Of a stretch of 64,000 nt of DNA, positions 38,242 through 50,912 are shown piece after piece. The position numbers were made by a program, and so were the translations under genes. The notes beneath the pieces were generated by a model. The model was not told the DNA's origin. It did no database searches and saw nothing but the letters and a program-made list of their open reading frames with translations. Where the stretch lies: positions 52,764,001 through 52,828,000 of the forward strand of contig NC_087436.1 of the NCBI RefSeq assembly GCF_036321535.1, given 5' to 3'. Source of the DNA: Camelus dromedarius (Eukaryota). Numbering within the stretch: position 1 is the first letter of the stretch; every line of letters starts with the position of its first letter.

Positions 38242-38795
38242 TGTAAGTTACTCATTGCTGTGTAACAAACCACCCTAACACTTAGTGGCTTAAACAATGC
38301 TTTACTCTGGCTCCCAGTTCTGTCCGTTTGCTACAAGTCCCCTGCTCCATGTGGTCCTGGTGGAGTCACTCATGCAGCTGTATCTGCAGAGGAGGGGCTG
38401 GACTGAAAGGTCCAAGAAGGCCCTACTATCATCTCCAGGGGTTGTGGTGCTGGCTCTTGGCTGGGGCATTTTGGCTCTCCTTCACATGCCTTTTCTTTCT
38501 ACACAGTTTCTGATCATTGACAGGCTTTCCTCATGACTCTCATCTTCCGCAGGATGGCCTAGAGAACCTTACAGCATGGGAGCTGGGGTCCAGGATAGCA
38601 AAAGCAGAAGCTGCCTGGCTGGAAAGGGCCAGGCCCAGAACTTCTGCCACTAAACATCCTAGTTGAAGCCTGTCACAGAGCCAGTCGAGATTCAGGGAAA
38701 GGGAAACAGAATGCACCTCTTAATAGAAAAAGTGGCCTGTGCATAGATAAAGGGGAGGATTTGTTAACAGCTGTCTTTGAAGAGAATCAACCACA
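38242..38795 (-). mobile_element. MLT1G/H-like MaLR LTR
   Basis: tgtaagttactcattgctgtgtaacaaaccaccctaacacttagtggcttaaacaa...atcaaccaca. Confidence 0.85.
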
Positions 38796-39611
38796 TTAAG
38801 CCCTGGAATATTTTTCCCATAAAAGAAAGGACTGTGATCTGAGTTATAAAAACTGTTCTAAAGACATGAATCTGACCTTAAGGGAATTGGACTAATTCCA
38901 CCTGTTCAAACTGTCATCACTCACAAGTATTTCTGTTAGGTAGAAGCTCTCACGTATTAACATTGACAGAGAAAGATTACATGGGAAATAAAACAAAGGG
39001 TCCTGGTTCAGAGAGAAAGAAATACGTGTAAATATAGGTTTTGGTGCCACCAAATTATCTGCACCTGGCAAACTAAACACCCTCCAAAACTAGTTGTAAA
39101 GAGGAATGCTCAACTGCAAAACTATTTACAAAAGTGAAAATTAAACAATAGTTAATTTTAACTGATACCAACTTGGAAAAATAAGTGAAAAGTCATCATT
39201 TCTTTGCCCTAAATGAGCTTCTTCATTTTCCTACAGTGTTTTGTTAGTAGATTCGCTCTTCCTCAATCAGTGAAGCTCAAATTCTCAAATCTAGTTGTAA
39301 CTTTTACTTTCTTCTTCCTATCAATTCTTCCTTTAAAGGATTTTTCACCTTCACCCTTCCTCTTCAGGCCTTTATCCACAATATAGTCCATATTTTCACA
39401 GCATTCAAACAAATGGGCTATGATTTCTTTCTGTCTCTGATTTCATGTCCTCCCCCAACCCAGGACACTTGAACACTGTCATTCCAAAGATGCATCTTCA
39501 TCTTTCCATGTTTTGATTCAAAAATTTCATTGCCTCTTCACTCTCTTCACTGCCTGTGATTGGGGCTAGGAAGAAGGTTTTCACAATTAACAAGGAATTT
39601 TTTTAAACTAA

Positions 39612-40278
39612 AAATAGACTTATCATATAATCCATCAATCCTACTCCTGCGCATGTATCCAGATAGAACTCTAATTTGGAAAGATACATGTACCCCAACA
39701 TTCATAGCAGCACTATTTACAATAGCCAAGACATGGAAGCAACCTAAATGTCCATCAGGAAATGACTGGCTAAAGAAGTTGTGGTATATTTATACAATGG
39801 AATAGTACTCAGCCATAAAAAATAATAAAATAATGCCATGTGCATCAACATAAACGGACCTGGTGACTGTCATTTTAGGTGAAGTAAGCCAGAAACAGAA
39901 AGAAAAATACCATATGATATCACTCATGTGGAACCTAAAAAGAGGGAAAAAAAGACACAAATGAACTTTTTTACAACACAGAAACAGATTCAGAGACATA
40001 GAAAACAAACTTATGATTACCAGGGGGGAGGGGAGGAGTGGGAAAAGATAAATGGGAAGTTCAATATTTGCAGATGCACACTACTATATATAAAATAGAT
40101 ACACAACCAAGTTTCTACTGTAAGGCACAAAGAACTATGTTCAATATCATGTAGTGAACTATAATGAAAAAAATACGAAAAGAAACATATGTATGTGTAT
40201 GTATGACTGAAACATTATGCTGTTCACCAGAAATTGACACATTATAAACTGACTGTACTTCAATAAAAAAATAAAAAA
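39612..40278 (+). mobile_element. Relatively young 5'-truncated L1 (ORF2 C-terminus plus 3' UTR)
   Basis: ORF 39560-39805 encodes KDTCTPTFIAALFTIAKTWKQPKCPS...WYIYTME. AATAAA and A tail; TSD-like aattttttt/aaactaa at 39596-39611 and 40279-40293. Confidence 0.92.
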
Positions 40279-41369
40279 AATTTTTTAAACTAAGGTTTTT
40301 TTTTTTCAAAAAAATGCCTCTCTTTGGAGATTCTAACTACATAGCTGCTCTCTGCCTGCCCTCTTTTCTGCCACCCCTGCAACACACAACCTTCAAGAAG
40401 AGAATAAGAACTCCTGGGAGGAGTGCTAGTGTAGGGAAAAGAAGTTGAGAACCACTGGGCTGCAAGATAAAGTCAAAATTCCTTGTTAGGTCCTTGAACT
40501 CATATCCAATTTATTTAACTTCTTAATATTTACTCCACTACCTTTGACTGAACACCAATTATTGCTAGAAAGAATTAAAACAGGACACTTAGTCCTCATT
40601 GTCATAAAGCTTACTGCAGTGTAATGGGAGAGAAAAACACTAAACAAATGAACTCATAACATTAAAGGAAGAACCAGGGTGCCCAAGGCAGTGAGAGGAG
40701 GCAGCCTCATGACTGCAGAGTAGAGGGCAGAGTGCTGGCATCCTCAAGCATCCTGGATTAAGAAGAGTTTCTTCATTAGGGTGACACAGAATAACTTCCC
40801 CTGTATAGAAATATTATACAAGCAACTGTTTATTCTCTTATTCCTGGGCTTACCTCATGCCCAACAAGGGTGTGGGCTGCAAAGCAGGCCCAAGATCCAA
40901 GACAACATAACAATTTTCTGACAGATCCTGAAAACAAGTAAGATATATTCGGGTAGATTTTGTTAACTACCCAGTGTGTCTAAAATGGGAAAGAAAAGAA
41001 AACAAAACAAAACAAAAAAAGGAGAGCCTGTGGGTATGTGTTGTTCATTCATATTTTGTGGGTTGTCCTACTGTTTGTTTTGTGAGCTATTTTTATTAAT
41101 AATGAGCAAAACAGAAAAACAGAGTAAGTCACAAATAGAAGATGCATATTTAGGGTCTCTGGCTAAGGATCGGGAGATGACCGGAAAAAAAAAAAAAAAA
41201 AAAAAAGTAAGGACTGAGGGCTCTCTTGAAACCAGAAAGAGGGCTTGATTCTCCAAGGGCATTGGTTGTGTATCCCTCTCACTTCCACCAGGGAGCGTTT
41301 GTCCTGTGTAAGCAGGTGGAGCCTTTGGGATGATCCTCTTGAGGAACTTGGCCTGGAAGGTGGAAGGTC

Positions 41370-41560
41370 AGGTTTTGAGGCCAGACAAAGCTAGGCTGGA
41401 CTCCAGGTTCCAACACTTCCTAGCAATATAAGCCTCAGTTTCCTCCTGTGTGACAAAGAAAAGATAAAGCCTTTCTGGCATATGTGTTGGTGAAAATTCA
41501 CAGATGATCTACGTGAAGAGATTGGTTCACAGTAGACTTTCAATAAATAGTAGCTATTAT
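41370..41560 (+). mobile_element. MIR SINE
   Basis: agcctcagtttcctcctgtgtgaca...caataaatagtagctattatt. Confidence 0.8.
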
Positions 41561-43149
41561 TTTTGTCAACCCAAGGCCAAGGTCACCTTTACTTACCATA
41601 ACCATGTACCCCAATGAAAAAGCACAGTGAGCCCACCTGTAATAGCAAATCTTCCCAACAGCTCAAGGAACCATGAGAACTCACTTGCTGTAAGGTCATA
41701 AGCAAAGGTGCTTGACTTCTCTACACTTGTTCCTCATACACATGGGATAATAACTTCTAAGGAGTAACAGAAATTGTTTTTAGAGTTTAGGTCAGATCAG
41801 TGTTTGGCACAAAATAAGCAGCCAATAAATGGTCAGTGTTTTAATTTTACTATTCCCCTTTTACAAAAAAAATGTAAGGAGAAAAGATTGACACTGTTAT
41901 TTTCAAGATTCTGAATTTGGAAGCATCTTATGTACCAAATACTGTCACTTCTTATCACCCGTGAGCCCAGATGAAGTTAAGACCCTGCCCTTGAATTTTC
42001 CTTTCCAGATCTTTTTTTTCCCCTTTCCACATTTTATTTTCTCTCGCAAAGGAGGCATTCATGTTTCTGCAAAAAACCCTACTGTTTATCTATTTTATTT
42101 ACAGGCACTATCAAGAGTTAATTTTAAAGGCCTTCAGTGGAGAGACAGGAACATAAATACAAATAAATTTCATCATTACCATTTTCTCCTAAGATGACCA
42201 TGGTGAAGCTTTCAATCATGTGCAAGTGACTAAAAATTACATAACATGCACTTCACCCATCAACGCTTCTTATTCTAATTCAGCTCCCTCAAATTCCAGA
42301 AGAGGGACTTCTAAGATGCCTCATCTAAGGGACTTCAGAGTCATTTCACCTTCCGGATCTCTGCGTGATAAAACTCGATCATGTGGCAAGTGTAATATTT
42401 GGAGAGGAGGCATATTTCCTGTAAATATCTAAGCAGAAGTGCTGGGTGGCTATTCGCAGCCAAACACCTTACTCTGTGAATAACTTGGGAGAAATCTAAG
42501 AAGAAAGTGCTGTGGTGTTTGAAGTCTTAAGTTTGGTTTTTACTTTCAGCTTTCCTTCGGAGGGCAGACTGAATGGAGTCCACATGAGTGTGACTTCAGC
42601 TGAAGGGTGGGTGGGAGACACACTGCGGGCCCATCAGGACTTTTGAAAACATCATTGAACTTTGAGTCAACATTTATGCAGAGCCTACTCTGCACATGGC
42701 ACTGAGCTGGGCCTTGTGACAGAGTAGATTAAAAGAAACCCTTATGTTTTTTCTCCAAGCACTGACCCCAGCTCTTTTCCCCATGCTCTGAGCCTGGTCA
42801 TTCTTCTTTATATGTCAAGCTACCCTTGGTTTGGTGCTGCAGTGAAAGAATTATGAGTTTCTCTTCGGCAGCAACTCATCACATCACTGACGCCTTCCCT
42901 TTCTGGACTTCCTGCAGACACAGCCAATCTCTGTCTTTCCAGTCAAAATAACACGTTTCCTCCAAGAGTTGTGCTTTTTACTTATGCTGAGTTAAGCGCA
43001 GGAGGCCCTCAACAGAACTTCCAGCAGACATAAGGCCAGGTGGATAAAAGATGTTTAATAATAAGCAAGTGCCTGATTAAATGTATACTTTCATTTTATT
43101 ATCCAGAAATGCTAGTTCACCTTTTGGATTTGGTTATGTACTCTGAAAG

Positions 43150-44300
43150 CTTCAGGTAGAACTGAGTAGAGGGCTTTGCGAGAGCCCTCTCGGTCATTCC
43201 AGAAGGTGGAGGGATAGTGCGGCAAACAGCACAGCACACTCCGTGCGTCCAAAAGGACGCGGACTGCGGCCCACTGGCCGGCTGATGAGCAGAACAACAG
43301 GCAGCCTCTCCGAATGTCTCCCTCCTGATCTGCACACTGGGAACGATAACCCCAAACTCATGAGGTTATTTTGATGATTAAATAATATAATGAATGTAAA
43401 CTGCATGGTACATACGCGGCATTTCATAAATGCCCGTTTCCTTTTTCCTTCTCCCCTAGCAAAAAATTTAACTTTGCCATTAAAAAAAAAAAAAAAAAAG
43501 GCACCGAAGTTGCTCATTACTGCAAGGATTATAGACTCTTTTTTATTCACCCAAGTACTCAAGAAGTGTCAGGCACATTCCAACATTCAAAGGAAATTAA
43601 AGCTATTCCCCCGCCACCCACTCTACCCACCAGGGCCCCAGAGCACGTTAAAATAACATCAGGGCAATGATTTAAGCTGCAAATTGGGCAGGCAGGGAAA
43701 GCACCAGGGCCCTCTCCTCGGAGGCTCAGCTGTACCTACGGGCACAACCACAGCGTGGCTCCCGCGCCGCTGGCGTCGCACTGAGAGTTGCTTTTGCCCC
43801 TGGCGGCGGGCGTCCGTGGGAAGGAATGGGAGGGATGACGGGTGCGGTGCCTCCGGTGTCTTGGTAAAGCCTGCTGGGGACCCCCAGTGGTCATCAGGAG
43901 TCATAGGTTTCTCTGCAAAAATGAAGCTTGTGGCCTCAGGGAAGATACCTGTGCTTCGATTGTATTTGTCTTGTCTTCCCAGTCATCAGGGTTGGTTTTT
44001 TCCTGGGAGATTAGTGGTGAGAAAGCAACTACTTCAATATCTCCTGAACCAGCCTCAGGGTTAGAAATTGGCGTTACATGCGGCACGGGCATCAAAAGAC
44101 GGCTTCAAATGGGAGAGGGGTCTGAAACGTTCTTTGTAATCCTCAGCTGGGGGGAAACAGGAGGCCGAGCAAGCCTGTCGGGGATGAAGGAAGCCGAGCG
44201 AGTCCTCGCCGAGCCTCCCTTTGCTAAGGACAGCATCGCTGGGACCCCCGGCAGGGTCCCTCCTTAGAGCCTCTCCAATCAGGGAGAGAAACAAGCAGGA
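43150..44300. promoter_or_regulatory. CpG-enriched segment (small CpG island-like; candidate promoter or enhancer)
   Basis: By eye, ~15 CpG in 43715-43860 and ~13 in 44070-44255, against CpG-depleted flanks. Confidence 0.5.
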
Positions 44301-45001
44301 AGTCAAGGTGTCCTCCCTGTAAACAAACCGTTGTGCATCTGCATTTCTCCTTCCTCTAGAGTCTTCACTCCTCTAGCCCTGGTGAAAATAAGCAGTTAAA
44401 GTTGTATAATGCTGGGAAATAAATAATAAATGATTCAGCCTACACTCCAGGCATGTCTGGAGAACAGAGATGGCCCAAGAGGGATTTACGTACATAAAGT
44501 ACCAAGACACTCCTGGGTAGGCGCCTTTCCTTTTGGGGAAAGACCTGGGGAATAAATACAAGTTTTTCAAAGAGGGGTGAGTGGGGTGATTTTGAACACA
44601 GCCTAGTCATTGTCACTCAGATAAATCTGCAGCTCAGCCCTCCAGCCTCAGCTCTTTGCTTACAATGATGAGGCCCCAAATTAACTTGTCCTACAGCAGT
44701 GAGAGGAGGTATCGAGTCACCGGGTGTGACATCTGCTAAGAGACAGCTTCAGCAGTGCGGGGAGACAGCAGCCCCCGCACAGCCACTAAGGGTGCCATCC
44801 TCAGACACGTGTAACTTCAGCGTCTCTGGCTGCCCTGCCAACTGCCCTGTGCTTATCATGGGAGTTCAAGCTATCACTCTGGGCATCAGCGGTGACAGGA
44901 AACATGACCTCGAATAGCCAACGTAGAAGAGGAAAATGACAGACAACACAGGCAGCCAAGGGGCCTGTTTGTTCATTCATGCATCCTTCAAGTGTGCTGG
45001 G

Positions 45002-45423
45002 TGTAATGGCTTAATCGGTGGCCCCAAAAATACATGTCCGTGTCCAACCCCCCGAACCTGTGAATGTGACCCTATTTGGGAAAAAGTCTTTGCAGATATC
45101 ATTAAGTTAAAGATGTCAAGATGAGATCATCCCGGATTATCCGAGTAGGCCCTAAATCCAACGACAAGTGTTCTTATAAGAGACAGAGGAAAAACACAGA
45201 GAGGAGAGAAGGCCACATGAAGACAGATGCAGAGACTGGAGTTAAGCAACCGAGCTGAAAGAGGCAAGGAAGCACCCTCCCCCTGACCCTCTGAAGGAAC
45301 ACAACCCTGCCGACACTTCGATTTCAGACTTGTGGCCTCCAGGACCATGAAAGAAGAGATTTCTGCTGTTTTAAGCCACACAGTGTGTGGTAACTTTAAA
45401 AGGCAATCCCAGGAACTAATACA
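45002..45423 (+). mobile_element. MLT1C-like MaLR solo LTR
   Basis: tgtaatggcttaatcggtggcccc...gaacctgtgaatgtgaccctatttgggaaaaagtctttgcagat...ggaactaataca. Confidence 0.9.
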
Positions 45424-45439
45424 TTTGAAAAAAAAAAAT

Positions 45440-45770
45440 GTACTGAGCACATTTACTATGCCAAACACCATGCCGGGTACTGGGCGTAGAGCACTAAACA
45501 AAACGGACACCACTCTCATAGAGCGCATCATACAAGGAGGAAGGAGATAATACACGGTGAATAAAACAAGGAAATCTCTGAGAGTAAAAAGCCCCACAAA
45601 TAAATGCCAAACATAGTGATGTGGTAAAGAGCAATTGAGGGGTGCCACTCATTACCAAAAAGGTAATCAAGGACGACCTCTTTGAGGAGGTGACATTTTA
45701 GCTCATAACATTCAGAAATGCCCAGAAAAAACAAATGGGGAGAATTGGAGTGAGGCTTTTTCCAGAGGAA
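45440..45770 (-). mobile_element. L2 fragment (its tail lies at ~44965, split off by the MLT1C)
   Basis: tactgagcacatttactatgcc...ctctttgaggaggtgacattttagct. Confidence 0.75.
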
Positions 45771-46624
45771 GTCAGGGTGGAGCCAGAAAAATGCTATTTT
45801 GTAACTGTTACTGTGCCCCCTTTTCCTCAGAATCGTTCTTCAAACACTGTTCCCTGGCACCCTCAGGTGTTCTGCTAAAATCTCTCTTGGAGGAAAAGAG
45901 AAAAAACATCTTGGAGCTACAAGTGGAGGGAGGTTTGGAGGGGTTGCAGACAAGACGCTGTATCCCTGACGTCCCCACCAATCAGAACAGCTGTGTGGGG
46001 CCAGCTTTATACATAGAAAACTTCCAAGTAAGCTTTTACTTAATAAAATGTTCCATGGCTTACAGAAAATCTGAAAAACACTGTCTCAAGCTGGCACAGC
46101 CTAGGGAACGTGGAATTATGCTCTGCAGCATATGTTTTCTCCAGGGCTTTCTACCTTTTAAAGTACAGCCCATAGTTCCCCAGGATCTACCTACACCAAG
46201 TGAAGGGCATGGAACTTGAGAGAAAGAATGTCTCCTGGGTTCTGTTTCCCCTTTGATTGACATCCACTCCACCAAAATACCCTGTTTTCTTCTCAGGAAA
46301 GGAGGCTTTACTTAAATGAAAGACATACATTGATTAAGTGAAATATTTTTTAACTTCAGCAGATCATGGTTCAGTTTTCACACTTTGACTAAATGTTTTC
46401 TAAGGATCTTACCCTGGAAAGATGTTTCAGTTGCTTCACAGCTGTGCTGAAGTGAAGCCACCCGCAACCAGATGAATTTCCTGTTAGCTAGAAATCTTTT
46501 CCCCTCTCTAACTGTTCACAAAGAAACGCAGCAGTAGGGTACACTAAAACTGAAGAACCCTATGGATTTAGCTAGGCCAGTTCTAGACTTCTGAAACCCT
46601 GAAGTTATCTGTTAAAATTAGAAC

Positions 46625-47010
46625 ATCTGTGAGTGACAGGAAAAAACTGAGTAATAGTGGCTTACACAGAGAGAAGGATATTTTTATTTCTCTCTCTAAG
46701 AAATCCAGGTAGTCAAGCCCAGTCTGGTATGACGCTCAGAAGTGTTGAGGACCTAGTTTCCTTCCATCTTGTTGCTCTGCTATGCACAGGATTTCTATCC
46801 CAAGGGCAGTTCATGTCTCAAAATGGCTAATTTATCCAAATTTCTTTCAGTAGGAGGACACAATAGGAAAGAGCATGTCTTTTCATTTTAAAGAAACTTT
46901 TTAGCAATTGCAATTAGTATCTCTACTTACATCCTCTTGGCCGAAACTTAGCCACAAGAGCTGAGCTTTTCCCCAAATAGCCATGTACCAGCTTAAAATT
47001 CAGGGTTTAT
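46625..47010 (-). mobile_element. Old MLT1 (J/K-like) LTR
   Basis: gtgacaggaaaaaactgagtaatagtggctta...tctacttacatcctcttggccgaaacttagccaca. Confidence 0.7.
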
Positions 47011-48339
47011 CTTTGCTCTCTTCCCCTCTCCGTAGCCTCACGTTGCTCTGTGCTCACCCCACCCCCTGAGCTCTGCCACACAGACAGGGTCAAATGTGCC
47101 ACTGCCTGAGCTCAGAGGAGCACATGCTTCTCATTTGTAACACTTATCACCGTGACATTTTGACCTTTACATGTGTGGCTGTTTGATTCATGCTCGTCTC
47201 CTCCTTTAGAAAGTAGGTCAGCTTGTCTGCTGTTCACTGCCGCATCGTCAGTGTCCCGTGTCTCTTGCTTCATACCTAGTACTGAGAAGATGCGCAGTAA
47301 ATATGAGTTAATGCCATTTACATTTTCTGCTTTCCAAACACGGTGCCACCGTCCTTGAAAAAAAGAATCTATTTATGCTAAATACAACATATATGACTAA
47401 TTACAAACTTTTTCTTCCATTACACCTGCCTACATGATAGCTATATACGAAATGAAAATAAAATACAAAATTTTTCTTCCCCATAATCTGGAAAGTTTGA
47501 ATTACTTGAGGGCTAGTGTGATTAGGGTGATTGTACTGCTGAGTTTAGGGTGGGAGAGTGAAGGGGGTTTTATTTCTATTTTTCAGTCTTTCTAACAAGC
47601 CCAGGTGTGCTCTCATCCATCCCAAGTGCATGTGTAGCTAGCTTTATGTTTTCACGTTGGTTCATTCTTGGATATATTTCTGAAATATTCTCTGATCAGA
47701 GTAGCAGCCTTGCTTTAATATTTGAGCCAATCGGATCTAATTCTAACAATACAGATCAGCGGTTTCAGTTCTCTAACTTGAACAGCCCCCTGTCCTCAGC
47801 TCTACTGAAAAATCCCCTGGTGTGCAATTCACCAACACTCCCTGCTTAGAGGTCATGGTAGAATTGGTTCAGGGAATCAAATGTGCATAACTTCCAACAC
47901 TAATCTGTCACTAGAATTCAGTTACATCTTTCTGTATCCCCTTTGTATAGAAATAGCCGTGAATAATAAAATGGTTATGAGAGAAAGGAAAAAGGATCAA
48001 GAGTTGACTATATCTGTTGTGTTTTCCAATTGCAGCCTTCTAGGTAACTCCATTGTTAAATTACTTTGAATGATATATTATTCTTAATAATGATGAAATG
48101 ATAATAGTAGCTAATATCTATTGAGTGTTTACTATATGGCAGGCAAAGGCAACCAAATAAAGCAGTAGGGAATAGGAGGTTATTCTAGTAACATTAAACC
48201 AAATACACTAGAGCACCCTGTGTTTGAAATTCACTGTGTCTGGCAGTGTATGTATGTATAAATATTAGTATATGTATATATAAATATAAAAATAAGTACA
48301 CAGAATCTTCTACTCGTGAATTGGTTGAGGATTCAACTC

Positions 48340-48960
48340 AAACCTTTTGCTTGAGCTCTTTCCCTTCCACATCCAAATCTTGATATATGCCATCCATGAT
48401 ACCCTCTCTCCTCTCTTGCATTTCAAATTCTGAACTAAGCTACCTCCTTAGGTTTTCAGTGATTTATTTCTAAAGTGTCTTTCCCCTCCCAAAGGTTGAT
48501 CAGATCAGAGTCTAATTGATAAGCATCCCACAGCGGCCAGCTTTATGCAGCTCACCTGGCTTTGTGACACTGTTTCACATACAGTTTCAGGAACAAGAAG
48601 TGAAAATTTAGTATTGGTGAATGGTATTTCCACCAAAACATACATATTGGTAAAATCTTCCTCATGCTTTCTGTTGCCTCCAGGCCTCCACACATTCTGT
48701 TCCCTCTGTCTGAAACCCACAGCTTCCTTCTGCCTAGAAAATTCTGACTCACCCGGCAGACCTCAGTGTTTTCATCTCTTAAATCCAAGTGTCCAGCAGG
48801 AGCTCCTCTTGTATAGCATTCGTCATGCTGCATTATGAAGGTGACTTTTATTTGTCTGTATGGCCCAGTGGACTATCGGGCTTCAAAACAGTAAGGACTG
48901 GTTTTCTACTCATTTATTTTTTGCATAAAATGCAGATAGAATAAATATCCATTGAATATA
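48340..48960 (+). mobile_element. L2 3' portion
   Basis: Pyrimidine-rich body, cctccaggcctccacacattctgttccctctgtctgaaac, terminus aataaatatccattgaat. Confidence 0.65.
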
Positions 48961-50912
48961 TATATATATTATATATATCCATTGAATATATATATAATAT
49001 GTGTGTGTGTGTGTATTTTTAAAAATAAACACATGGAGTATTTATCACAACTCCAGGCAATGACCAAGGAGGTATATCTTCGACACTGCTTAATAGACAG
49101 CTTTAAGGTGACAAATTCTCAAACATAAGGTGCATCACAGATTCTTCTGCTTTTGTTGCAAAAGCAACAGCTTCCCAAGTGTGAGTATAAACAAACCCAT
49201 TCACTTACTCAAATCCCAAAGTAAACACTTTGAGATTCCTTTCCATCAACTGTATCTTCAATGAGTAACTTGTGGGGAGATTGGTAAAATTACAGTAGAC
49301 ATTTTAATGTGAGAATTTATCTAAAGATACGGATAGATTGATCATGCCTCTTAACCACTCAAAACTTTCAATGGTTCCCTAATATCTGTAAATCTGTAAA
49401 AATCCATATTTCTGAGGCTAGCAGTTGAGAAGATCCACAATCTTTTTCCTTCCTGCCCTCCCAGCCCTTTCTTCCCAACCCTCATCACATGGTCTATCTT
49501 CCAGGCAAGTCGTTATTTTCCATATTAGCCCAGTATGTGCGATCTTTTGGGTCATAATGATAATCTAATCCTCAGAGAGTCTTTATTATGTGCCAGGCCC
49601 TCTTCAAAGTGCTTTCTATGTGTTAAGCCATTTAATTCTTATAATAACACTGTCGGGTGGTGATTAGAAGGTGGGAGCCCAGGCGCCTTGCTTAAGGTCA
49701 GACAGCACGCCAGCACGCGGCAAAGCCTGTCTGATCTGTGATGCCTTCACCCCAGTACACAGACTGGGTAGTTTTGTTCGGAGTGGGTATTTGTTACATA
49801 TTTTTGGAAATTGGAAGGAGAAAGAAGCAATCAATGAATAAGGTAGGCGATAAATGTGAAATTTTATATTTCTTTACTAACATCATGTCCAAAGCCAGTG
49901 AACACATGTCTAAGTAAAAAAAAAAATCTTATAAGCTGAGAAAACTCTCTAAGACTAGTTTCTCCGTTACTTGGTGCCATTTCCTCCCCACTCACACCTT
50001 AGTCTTTCAGCCAAAACATCTACTTCAGGGCTGAGCTTAAATGTCACTTCCTAGTGAAGACTTCTCTGAAGCTCCCCCTCTGACAACCCCAGGAAGGAAG
50101 GAAGCTCAGGAACTTCTCTTCTGTACCCCTGGGGCACTCCTGTCTAACTGATGCACAGCTCATCTCTTTGTGTGGATGGTTGTTGCCTGACTTCTTATCA
50201 GGCTGGGAGTGCAGTACCGTGTCATTTTTACCTGGCCAGAGGAATTAGCAGTCACCCTCTCCCCATGTCCACAGCCACAGCCCCCACGGCTGAATGCCCC
50301 CATCTCTGAGTGACCAAAGAGCCACCATTCTGCATTCCTCTGTCACTTGTTGACTCCCAGGGCCAGTCAAGGCAGGGTTCTCACTGATGGACAAGTGTTC
50401 TTCCCTCAGTATCAGTTTGGACTGTACTGTCTCTGAGAAGAAAATTAATGTTTGTCCTTGGAATGTTTGTCCAATGTGTTGTTGACTTAACAGGTTGGCC
50501 AGTGAAGGAGCCGACAGGCCTGCAGTCTCCCTGGGGGATGTTAAGAAGGAAACTCACATTGCTGGGCCGCTCCCCACAGGGAACTGGAACCCGCCTCTCC
50601 CCAAGCCCACACCTGCCATCTTCCCCCAGAGGGTAAGCTTGCCCCGAGGTGTTGCACTGGCGGGGGTGTGGGGGTAGGTAGCAGATTTTCAGAATGAGAA
50701 GTTTGTTTTAAAAAGGGTAGTCTTCATGGAACAATGACCAAAAAATATAAAGTACCACACTGTGAGGGTGAGAGAGCCATCCTCTGGCAACTGGGGTTGT
50801 TCAGGGAGTGCTGCCTTCTGAGATTCAAGACAAAGCACAATTGAGCTAAACTGTCTCTTCTACTTTATAATTCCCTCTGCCTTCACCTCTGATACAGAAA
50901 TTCCCAATCTCA

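Noticed and set aside
39560..39805. ORF with a real protein match
   Set aside because: C-terminus of L1 ORF2p in a 5'-truncated insertion, not a host gene.
43794..43810. CTCF motif on the minus strand (CCGCCAGGGGCAA)
   Set aside because: One G short of the core spacing; poor 3' match.
43684..44267. 126-aa and 141-aa ORFs in the CpG-rich segment
   Set aside because: Non-ATG starts, no recognisable domain; ORFs on both strands are expected in GC-rich DNA.
44755..44780. 8-bp GC hairpin GTGCGGGG/CCCCGCAC
   Set aside because: An isolated short stem, expected by chance in 64 kb; intrinsic terminator logic does not apply to mammalian DNA.
45127..45648. Longest ORF in the window (173 aa)
   Set aside because: It spans an L2 fragment and the antisense strand of an MLT1C LTR; chance open frame.
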